Positions 1 through 7,470 of a stretch of DNA of 10,923 bases are shown here, piece by piece. Position 1 is the first letter of the stretch, and each line of letters begins with the position of its first letter. The stretch comes from Octopus sinensis (lineage: Eukaryota), in NCBI RefSeq assembly GCF_006345805.1, contig NW_021827249.1, positions 1 through 10,923 on the forward strand, read 5' to 3'. The notes under the pieces are model-generated. The model saw only the letters and a program-made list of their open reading frames with translations. It was not told the DNA's origin and did not search any database. A program made the position numbers and the translations under genes.

Positions 1-65
1 AAAGAGACAAAATCTATTTTGTTGCCCTATATTAGTAAAAAGATGGCAAAATTCTCACTGATATG

Positions 66-545
66 CTCTTTACTCTTACGTTGCAGTCATTTGACTGCGG
101 CCATGCTGGAGCAGCCTTTTTAGGGGCACAATCGACCCCAGAAACTTATTCTTGTAAGCCTAGTACTTATTCTATCAGTCTCTTTTGCCGAACCGCTAAG
201 TAACGGGGACGTAAACATACCAGCATCGGTTGTCAAGCGATGTTGGGGGGGACAAGACAGACACAATCACGCACACACACATACATACATACTATATATA
301 TATATTATATATACACAGTCAAAAATTGTGAAGCATAACTGTCACCACTACTACATGAACTGAAGATTGCAGAATTAATGCATGTGAAAGTACTAGTTCA
401 ATCAGAATGAACATTACATTCTATTATTTTATTTTATTTTAATATTATCTTATATCATTATAAGATTGTAAATAAAACGTGAAAATCAGACAAGGTTGGA
501 ATTCCTTTTATTAATATATTCTTCTATACACAATCACACACACCC

Positions 546-607
<62 letters not shown>

Positions 608-765
608 GACAGGCTTTCTTTTCAGTTTCCGTCTGCCAAATTCACTCACAAGGCTTTGGTCGGCCCGAGGCTATAGTAGAAGACACTTTCCCAAGGTGCC
701 ACGCAGTGGGACTTAACCTGGAACCGTGTGGTTGGTAAGCAAGTAACTTACCACACAGCCACTCC
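66..765 (-). mobile_element. tRNA-derived CORE-type octopus SINE (family 1, copy A), interrupted by a ~250-bp insert and a (TA)n expansion
   Basis: The minus strand starts GGAGTGGCTGTGTGGTAAG (A-box-like) and has GGTTAAGTCCC (degenerate B box), then a CORE-like GGCACCTTGGGAAAGTGTC. An internal (TA)/(TG) microsatellite follows, and the 3' body ends in GTAAGAGTAAAGAG tail repeats. It is colinear with the copy at 4500-4923. Confidence 0.9.
547..606. repeat. (TA)n microsatellite inside SINE copy A
   Basis: About 30 uninterrupted TA units. Confidence 0.98.
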
Positions 766-944
766 TTTATTTTATCAGAAAACGGCCGGCTAGTCGCCAT
801 TTTGAGAAGCGCCCTTCATTGTAATATATCTACAATATGCCATCGTATTGTTGTGTCTTTTCGTGGTTATTTTCTTTCTCTAAAGCTGTGCAAAATATTT
901 TAAGCTGTAAAAATTTTTTTATGTATTTACTTACGTGTTATCTT

Positions 945-1370
945 TAATAATTGCCACCTCATTTTTTTATTACAATGTAACTTTATCCTACAACCTAACC
1001 ACGTCGGAGCATCGCCATATCTATATTCAGTTTTATGTGGATAAATTCTCGTCTTCTCTTTGATAAATGTTAACGTCGGCTGCTGTTGCTATACGCATAA
1101 GGACATGATATTGTTTAGTATTTATAGAAAAATAATGTCCGTAGAGATTCATCGTATCTTGTTAGCTTCTGAGACGTTTCGGGTGGTGGTAGAGATGGTT
1201 GTTGTAGACGGGTGTGTAGGAGTGATGACATTGCTATTTCTTGTTCGTCTTCAGGCATTCTATGATGATGTTTCAACAATGTACACAGACGCACACACGT
1301 TTTCTACCCAGTCAAACGTGTTTCGAAGAATTAGAATGGATTTGAAAAATATTACAATGCTTAGATATGG
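945..1370 (-). other. Candidate terminal exon / 3' UTR of a minus-strand gene
   Basis: Acceptor GTCTCTATTCTTATTTCAG| ends at 1371. Spliced to exon 2120-2070 it gives AG|C CAT ATC TAA (stop 1363-1361). AATAAA lies on the minus strand at 971-966, and the sequence is non-repetitive. The left boundary is approximate. Confidence 0.25.
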
Positions 1371-1440
1371 CTGAAATAAGAATAGAGACACATTGCGTTC
1401 TATGTTTAAGTACTTGGTTTCCCCACAGGTAGGCTTTGTT

Positions 1441-1465
1441 ATAAATACATACATACATACATACA

Positions 1466-1499
<34 letters not shown>

Positions 1500-1510
1500 C
1501 ATATATATAT

Positions 1511-1547
<37 letters not shown>

Positions 1548-1549
1548 CA

Positions 1550-1587
<38 letters not shown>

Positions 1588-1600
1588 GTGCATATATGTA
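1441..1600. repeat. Compound (TACA)n/(CA)n/(TA)n microsatellite
   Basis: Directly visible tetra- and dinucleotide runs. Confidence 0.95.
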
Positions 1601-1704
1601 TAAATTAGAGAAAATCCACTATTAAGCAATTAAAACAATGATAGACATAAACCAAATCATAAATAAAAAAAAAATGTTTTTTTTAAACATATAACTAGAT
1701 CACA

Positions 1705-1705
<1 letters not shown>

Positions 1706-1737
<32 letters not shown>

Positions 1738-1905
1738 TGTATGTATGTATGTATGTATGTATGTATGTATGTATGATGTATGTATGTATGTATGTATATA
1801 TATATGATGTATGTATGTATGTCTGTATGTATGTATGATGTATGTATGTATGTATGTATGTATGTATGTATGTATGTATGCATGTATGTATCTACCTATC
1901 TATCT
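1706..1905. repeat. (TATG)n microsatellite ending in a few TCTA units
   Basis: Directly visible. Confidence 0.95.
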
Positions 1906-2069
1906 ATCCTCACTCTCTCTCAGCCCTCTCTCTATTTACTGGGTTGCTAGTTAAATTTTTCATTTATTCTAATCTCATTTTAACAGCTTGAATTAAACCG
2001 AAAAGTAGTCCCTTTTCCCCCATAGTGTCCTTAAGTTTTGTCTTTTCTTTCAATAGCTCTGTCCCTTAC

Positions 2070-2120
2070 CTGCAACTTTCGTTTGTCCATTTCAAAAAAA
2101 ATCCACTAAAATTTACCTCC
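2070..2120 (-). CDS. Candidate 51-nt coding exon (phase 2 to phase 2), EVNFSGFFLKWTNESC
   Basis: Moderate acceptor TTCGTTTTTGATCTGTATGGCCCAG| and strong donor CAG|GTAAGG. The frame is open and phase-compatible with exon 3175-3114 (TG|G = Trp). Confidence 0.38.
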
Positions 2121-2662
2121 CTGGGCCATACAGATCAAAAACGAACGAATGCTATCTCACAAACCAGTAAATCTTACGGAGACAGACGTATTAAAAACGA
2201 GAATGAAGGCCGCAGTAAAAATTGAAAATGAAGAACATCACAAATTTTTATAACTATAGATTTGTCTGAGGTTTTCCATTTTTAGATAAAACTATGGCAG
2301 ATCAAACCGTAAAAAATCTCAAAGGAGAGTGAAGTTCAAAAGCAAACAGGTTGATAATTAATGGAGGCAAATCACTTTTAAATGTATTTATAACTCTTAG
2401 ATATTTCAATGTTTTAATACTCTAGAAGTGACGCCCATTGAGATTTTTCGTATCTTGTTAGTTTTCTTTAAAGAAGAAGTTCGTTGTGAACTTTATGTTG
2501 AAGTTTCTTGATATTTTTATGTCTGGAAAAAAAATACAGAAATATTCCGTAGAGCATCTGCTGTTGCTTAGCTCAATTGAACTGGTGGACTTGTGCTAAA
2601 ATTAGTTTCGTTTTATCTCATTTCATCTCTCACGAACCAATCAACGACGCTGAGTAAGAACT

Positions 2663-2810
2663 CACTATATATATATATATATATATACAGACATATATAT
2701 ATATATATATATATAATATATATATATATTATATTATATATATATATAATATATGTATGTATATATATATATAATATATTTATATTATATATATATCTAT
2801 TATATATATA

Positions 2811-2859
<49 letters not shown>

Positions 2860-3003
2860 GTATATATATGCATATGTATGTGTGTCTGTAATATCGAAAC
2901 TGTTGTGAATTTTGAACTACATTTGTGTTCTTTATACACAGACACACAGACACATGCGCGCGCACACACACACACATGCATTGATACATGCATACACACA
3001 TAC
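2663..3003. repeat. TA-rich low-complexity and (CA)n microsatellite block
   Basis: Degenerate (TA)n, TATG and CA runs with a short unique spacer at about 2885-2935. Confidence 0.93.
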
Positions 3004-3113
3004 ACAAAGGCTTAGGGGAAAAAAATCTTAATGGATTTGCAATATTTGTAAACGATTTCCTAAAATTAAAAATGCGTAGAATGCTTGATGTGTATTTGAG
3101 GACAATTACCTAC

Positions 3114-3175
3114 CAGCATCTCTTCAAATCAATTAAAAGGGTCTTTCTTTCAGATCCTTCATTGCAGATAAAATC
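3114..3175 (-). CDS. Candidate 62-nt coding exon (phase 0 to phase 2), DFICNEGSERKTLLIDLKRC
   Basis: A ~35-nt T-rich tract plus TTATTAG| acceptor (AG at 3177-3176) and donor TG|GTAGGT at 3113. Only one of three frames is open. Confidence 0.45.
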
Positions 3176-3214
3176 CTAATAAAAAAAAACAACAAAAAAA
3201 AACCAACAAAAAAA

Positions 3215-3676
3215 CCATGAGCGGTACATCATTTGTACGATGTGGAGAATATACCGCCATCTTTGCCCAAACGACCTGAACATTAGCTTCAAGGTTCATC
3301 CAAGACTGGGACCACGGGCCATACGTCCCCTGCCCAATTCAGGATCACAGCATACATGTACACTGCAACATCATTTCTTTTCCTCAACAGGCCCTGCCCT
3401 ATTTAACATTGTCCTGAAAGAGATCAAAGAGGAAAAGGATCCCATCAACTTTAAACGGAGTCTGGATAGATTCCTTCAAGGAATACCAGATAAGCCACCC
3501 ATAATTGGATACAACTCACCCAACAAGAACTCACTACTTGAATGGACCATAAACAAAACCTGACTTAAACAGGATTCGAATAATCCTATCAGGTGGTGCT
3601 ATTAAGTTAGACATGGCCTGGACCAATCATTGGTCAAAACATATCTAAGTTTTATCTAAGTTTCTAAGTTTTAAGT
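3215..3676 (+). mobile_element. 5'-truncated CR1/L2-group (CR1/Crack-like) LINE: ORF2 C-terminus, 3' UTR and tandem-repeat tail
   Basis: Frame 3216-3563 reads HERYIICTMWRIY...FSSTGPALFNIV...FKRSLDRFLQGIPDKP...GY...NSLLEW, matching the RRERY / GPxLFN / FKxxLDxFL / PDxP post-RT motifs of this LINE group. The 3' UTR has hairpins (3571-3587, 3621-3635) and the tail is (TCTAAGTTT)n-like at about 3643-3676. Confidence 0.85.
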
Positions 3677-3814
3677 CATTTTTGCCAAATGTGTGGAACT
3701 GTGGTATGAAGGGGAAATTAGGAAAAAAGGGAACTGAGGTTTTCTTACGTGTCGATTTGGAGGGAGCGTTCTCTCGCCACCCACGGGGACGTTTTCTTCT
3801 GTTGGTTGTACATA

Positions 3815-4230
3815 TACCTATTTCTTTACTACCCACAAGGGGCTAAACACAGAGGGGACAAAGAAGGACAGACAAACGGACTAAATCGATTATATCGACC
3901 CCAGTGCGTAACTGATACTTTTTTAATCAACCCCGAAAGGATGAAAGGCAAAGTCGACCTCGGCGGAATTTGAACTCAGAACGTAACGGCAGACGAAATA
4001 CCTATTTCTTTACTCCCCACAAGGGGCTAAACACAGAGATGACAAACAAGGACAGACAAACGGATTAAGTCGACTATATCGACCCCAGTGCGTAACTGGT
4101 ACTTATTTAATCGACCCCGAAAGAATGAAAGGCAAAGTCGACCTCGGCGGAATTTGAACTCAGAACGTAACAGCAGACGAAATACGGCTGCGCATTTCGC
4201 CCGGCATGCTAACGTTTCTGCCAGCTCGCC
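3815..4230 (-). mobile_element. tRNA-derived octopus SINE (family 3) with a duplicated 184-bp body, flanked by a 15-16 bp TSD
   Basis: Head GGCGAGCTGGCAGAAACG and B box GAGTTCAAATTCC are each recognisable. The body units are 3999-4182 and 3815-3998. (C)TGTTGGTTGTACATA occurs at 3799-3814 and 4230-4245. Confidence 0.93.
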
Positions 4231-4422
4231 TGTTGGTTGTACATAGACGTCTTGAGTTCATGCTTTCCGGTTGCCCTCTGGGACTCCCGACAGGGCCTAC
4301 CCACTCTCCCACTTCCGCCTTCACTACAGCTTCAGCTCAATACCACAACACAGCGATTTAGAAATTGCCAACTTTGCTAAATGTCGCAAGAGCTTTTGTA
4401 CACCAAATTCGGATGGAATTCG

Positions 4423-4493
4423 AAGACACAACGCATCACCGGGAATTGAACTCACGACCTGAATGCCGTAACCACTAAGCCACGCACCTTCAC
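4423..4493 (-). mobile_element. tRNA-like head fragment of a second SINE family (family 2)
   Basis: The minus strand reads GTGAAGGTGCGTGGCTTAGTGGTTACGGCATTC-AGGTCGTGAGTTCAATTCCCGGTGATGCGTTGTGTC. This has A box TGGCTTAGTGG and B box GAGTTCAATTCC, with the anticodon arm shortened and the body lost. Confidence 0.72.
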
Positions 4494-4499
4494 TATATA

Positions 4500-4715
4500 C
4501 TCTTTTACTCTTTACTCTTTTACTTGTTTCAGTCATTTGACTGCGGCCATGCTGGAGCACCGCCTTTAGTCGAGCAAATCGACCCCGGGACTTATTCTTT
4601 GTAAGCCCAGTACTTATTCTATCGGTCTCTTTTGCCGAACCGCTAAGTGACGGGGACGTAAACACACCAGCATCGGTTGTCAAGCAATGCTAGGGGGACA
4701 AACACAGACACACAA

Positions 4716-4760
<45 letters not shown>

Positions 4761-4923
4761 CATATATACGACAGGCTTCTTTCAGTTTCCGTCTACCAAA
4801 TCCACTCACAAGGCATTGGTCGGCCCGGGGTTATAGCAGAAGACACTTGCCCAAGATGCCACGCAGTGGGACTGAACCCAGAAGAATGTGGCTGGTAGGC
4901 AAGCTACTTACCACACAGTCACT
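4500..4923 (-). mobile_element. tRNA-derived CORE-type octopus SINE (family 1, copy B), near full length
   Basis: Head AGTGACTGTGTGGTAAG, B box GGTTCAGTCCC, CORE-like CATCTTGGGCAAGTGTC, internal (TA)(TG) run and a (GAGTAAAA)n tail. It is flanked by CACTATATA at 4491-4499 and 4920-4928. Confidence 0.92.
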
Positions 4924-4936
4924 ATATATATATGTG

Positions 4937-4969
<33 letters not shown>

Positions 4970-4978
4970 ATGTATATT
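4924..4978. repeat. (TA)n(TG)n microsatellite
   Basis: Directly visible. Confidence 0.95.
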
Positions 4979-5257
4979 CGGTTAACTGAGCTTGATGAGC
5001 TAGGTTTCTGTAAGAAGCCTACGAAACTTTAAGTCTCATGGGGCCGAATCAAATTGTTTGTAGACTATACGAAGAGCATGATGCGATTGCAATAGATATT
5101 TTATTGGTTGAAAGATATTTCGACAGCAAGCCTGTCTTTGTCGAGTTCAAAATGAAAAGTGATAAAAATAAAAAAAATCATAGAAATTCAAATCTAAAAT
5201 GTGAACGAGAGCAATCAGCGTCCACACGTTGATGGAGTGACATCATCAGTCTTCAAA

Positions 5258-5415
5258 TTTCTATTTTACAACTGGCAAAAAGAAAAAGAAAGAAAAAAGA
5301 GAAAAAAAAAAGGAAAAGAAAAAGAAAAGGAAAAAGAAGAATATTTAATCAAGCAGTTTCTTTCCTTTTCTTTTTTTCTTTTATTTTTCTCTTTTCGCCA
5401 GTTGTAAAATTGAAA
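5258..5415. repeat. Imperfect inverted repeat (foldback/MITE-like) with purine-rich left arm and pyrimidine-rich right arm
   Basis: ATTTTACAACTGGC (5263-5276) is the exact reverse complement of GCCAGTTGTAAAAT (5397-5410). The match extends to about 26 bp with 2 mismatches. An A/G tract at 5277-5340 faces a T/C tract at 5357-5396. Confidence 0.8.
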
Positions 5416-5433
5416 CTTAAAAACTGATTATGA

Positions 5434-5576
5434 ATTGTAGAATAAGAATCCCGTTCGAAGGCTTCTGACAATGCAAAACAGCTACAAGTTAGTCCTAGAA
5501 CGTGTGTTACATATCTGCATAAGCTTGGGTATTATGGACGAGCAGCTAGAAGAAAACCTCTCCTTCAACCAATTAA
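5434..5576 (+). pseudogene. Tc1/mariner-type transposase remnant (second HTH / linker region), interrupted by the Helitron
   Basis: The frame from 5446 reads ESRSKASDNAKQLQVSPRTCVTYLHKLGYYGRAARRKPLL, matching the Tc1-family VSxxTVxRxL..G...R..RxKPLL motif. The frame resumes as N-I-K across the Helitron (AA|T ATC AAA at 6272-6278). Confidence 0.78.
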
Positions 5577-6271
5577 TCTTTATATATAAAAGTCAAGTTG
5601 TCTCCTACGATTTAGATTCCTAACTACTCCCACATTTTGCGGTGCAGTTTAACCAAAACCGGGTATCTTATAGTCGTGATTCATATCGAGCCCCTCTGGG
5701 TATTAGCGCGCGTCTACGATGAGTCTACGATTTAAAAAAACATTTACCATCATTTTTTTCCATTTTTAATGCATTTTTTTAGCTATTACATAAGGGAAGT
5801 AACTCTCTAAAAATGTCTACGATGAGTCAACGATTAAAAAAAATTGACCATCATTTTTTTCCATTTTTAATGCATTTTTTTTTAGCTATTACATAAGGGA
5901 AGTAACTCTCTAAAAATGTCTACGATGAGTCAACGATTAAAAAAAATTTACCATCATTTTTTTCCATTTTTAATGCATTTTTTTAGCTATTACATAAGGG
6001 AAGTAACTCTCTAAAAATGTCTACGATGAGTCAACGATTAAAAAAAATTTACCATCATTTTTTTTCCATTTTTAATGCATTTTTTTAGCTATTACATAAG
6101 GGAAGTAACTCTCTAAAAATGTCTACGATGAGTCAACGATTTAAAAAAAAATTACCATATTTTTTTTCCATTTTTAATGCATTTTTTGCTATTTTTTTGC
6201 TATAACTCTCTAAAAATGCTTATATAGTTATTTTCCTTACAAACCCGAGCAAAGCCGGGCGATACTGCTAG
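5577..6271 (+). mobile_element. Complete non-autonomous Helitron (695 bp)
   Basis: 5' TC (TCTTTATATATAAAAG), 3' CTAG (6268-6271), GC-rich hairpin CCCGAGCAAAGCCGGG (6244-6259) 8 nt before CTAG, insertion between A5576 and T6272, and no TSD. Confidence 0.87.
5712..6217 (+). repeat. Five tandem ~102-bp units inside the Helitron
   Basis: Units start GTCTACGATGAGTC at 5712, 5815, 5918, 6019 and 6121 (lengths 103, 103, 101, 102, ~97). Differences are mostly homopolymer length, and unit 5 diverges at its 3' end. Confidence 0.97.
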
Positions 6272-6329
6272 TATCAAATAAAAGATTTTGAAAATTAAAG
6301 GTGTCTATTTACTTCCTGCATGTCTGTGT

Positions 6330-6407
6330 ATATGTCGTCTTCCTCCTTCACCTCAGGGTTCTTTCTTCAGTTGGTTGCCAGAGCACTAGCTTGTCAGCAA
6401 TAGAATG
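6330..6407 (-). mobile_element. RTE-like LINE ORF C-terminal remnant
   Basis: The minus frame reads HSIADKLVLWQPTEERTLR*RRKTTY, resembling the RTE-clade LxLWxP...RxRGR...TY motif, with one in-frame stop. Confidence 0.6.
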
Positions 6408-6408
6408 C

Positions 6409-6471
6409 AGTGATTTTAATGCTCATTTGGGCGAGGACGCAGTCCGTTACACATTCCATAACGAAACCAAC
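6409..6471 (+). mobile_element. RTE-like LINE AP-endonuclease remnant
   Basis: The plus frame reads SDFNAHLGEDAVRYTFHNETN, resembling the GDFNAHxG...HxxTNxNG APE motif of RTE elements. Confidence 0.65.
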
Positions 6472-6644
6472 AAGAGGTTAATATCCTTCCATAATGGAGT
6501 ATCGTATCGCACAAGAAGCATTTGCTATGAGCAAAGCATGGAAGGTGTTAAGCTGGTATCTTTTACAAAGAATTAACAGATAAAGGTTCGGCATATTTCT
6601 TTATTTTATGGAAACAGCATTTAAGGTGAAATCTGTTGTTCTAC

Positions 6645-6724
6645 CTTCTTTCGGTTTTAACGCGTTGAGTTTAAAAAAACATTTTCTATTGTCACTTAAA
6701 AAATCACACATTTCTTCACTCAAG
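6645..6724 (-). CDS. Candidate 80-nt coding exon (phase 2 to phase 1), LSEEMCDFLSDNRKCFFKLNALKPKE
   Basis: Acceptor TTATTATTTTGTAG| and donor AAG|GTAGAA, with a single open frame. Its end phase does not fit exon 3175 directly. Confidence 0.28.
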
Positions 6725-6761
6725 CTACAAAATAATAATGTGTAGGCATGCGAGCGCGCGG

Positions 6762-7081
6762 GCGATTGTGTGTGTATGTGAGTGCGTGTGAGTACGTGTG
6801 TGTGTGTGTGTGTGTGCGTGTATGTATGTCTATTTATGAGTTCACATTTGTACATCTATACTTACGCAAACATATGTAAACATATACGTACATACATACA
6901 TATATGTATGTATGTATGTATACAGGCACACTCATACACACACATATGTATATACATTTACACACACAGTCTTTGCATTTGGCGCGAGTTGTAGTGGGTG
7001 TATATATATATATATATTATATATATATATATATATATAGACCATATAGACATACATATATTACAGTAATATACATATGTA

Positions 7082-7116
<35 letters not shown>

Positions 7117-7365
7117 ACATATGTAATATATATATAGTATATATATACACATATATATGTATATATATACATATAACATATATAATATATATACATATAT
7201 ATAATACATCTATATATATATATACATATATATATACATATATATATACACATATATATATATATATATATACAATATATATACAACACATAAGTATGCT
7301 TACACACGTGTTAGCGCGCACACACACACACACACACATCTATGTATAATTATATATATAGCGTA
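6762..7365. repeat. Compound (TG)n, (TACA)n, degenerate (TA)n and (CA)n block
   Basis: Directly visible low-complexity runs. Confidence 0.93.
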
Positions 7366-7369
7366 TAAA

Positions 7370-7390
7370 AGTGAGAGAGAGAGAGAGATT

Positions 7391-7434
<44 letters not shown>

Positions 7435-7470
7435 GAAGAGAGAGAGGAGAGGAGAGGAGGAGAGAGAGAG
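7370..7470. repeat. (GA)n / GAGAG purine microsatellite
   Basis: About 100 nt almost purely G/A. Confidence 0.96.

Noticed and set aside
796-804. CGCCATTTT (YY1-like motif, or AAAATGGCG start context on the minus strand); also a CCAAT box at 2637-2641
   Set aside because: These are isolated short motifs expected by chance, with no CpG island or other promoter evidence.
1060-1374. 104-aa plus-strand ORF, and a 47-aa minus-strand ORF (MPEDEQEIAM..., 1258-1115)
   Set aside because: Neither has a recognisable domain, the plus ORF has a non-ATG start, and there is no supporting splice structure. They cannot be separated from chance ORFs.
1411-1434. TTTCCCCACAG|GTAGGC resembling a recursive splice (ratchet) site on the plus strand
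   Set aside because: The pyrimidine tract is short, the donor is imperfect, and there is no evidence for a plus-strand transcript.
2070-2090. Minus-strand ATG GAC AAA CGA AAG TTG CAG|GTAAGG (MDKRKLQ) resembles the CNOT3 N-terminus MADKRKLQG
   Set aside because: It lacks the Ala codon, and the donor phase (0) differs from the phase-1 junction I recall for CNOT3. No EIDRCLKK exon follows in the window, and another frame of the same exon fits the upstream candidate exon better.
2466-2545. Strong minus-strand acceptor TTTTTTTTTCCAG| at 2523
   Set aside because: All three frames stop within about 70 nt, and joining it to exon 3114 creates TG|A (stop). At most it is a cryptic or poison acceptor.
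4246-4420. Relatively GC-rich unique segment, contiguous with 3700-3814 before the SINE insertion
   Set aside because: No convincing ORF, splice pair or terminal repeats were found. It is probably an old repeat that I cannot identify without a library search.
4423-4493. Possible genuine tRNA gene
   Set aside because: The anticodon arm is deleted, there is no acceptor-stem closure or T-run terminator, and it continues into SINE-type sequence. The same applies to the other A/B-box heads.
5712-6217. Regular repeat array superficially like CRISPR
   Set aside because: The units are contiguous with no unique spacers, there are no cas genes, and the context is eukaryotic and inside Helitron termini.
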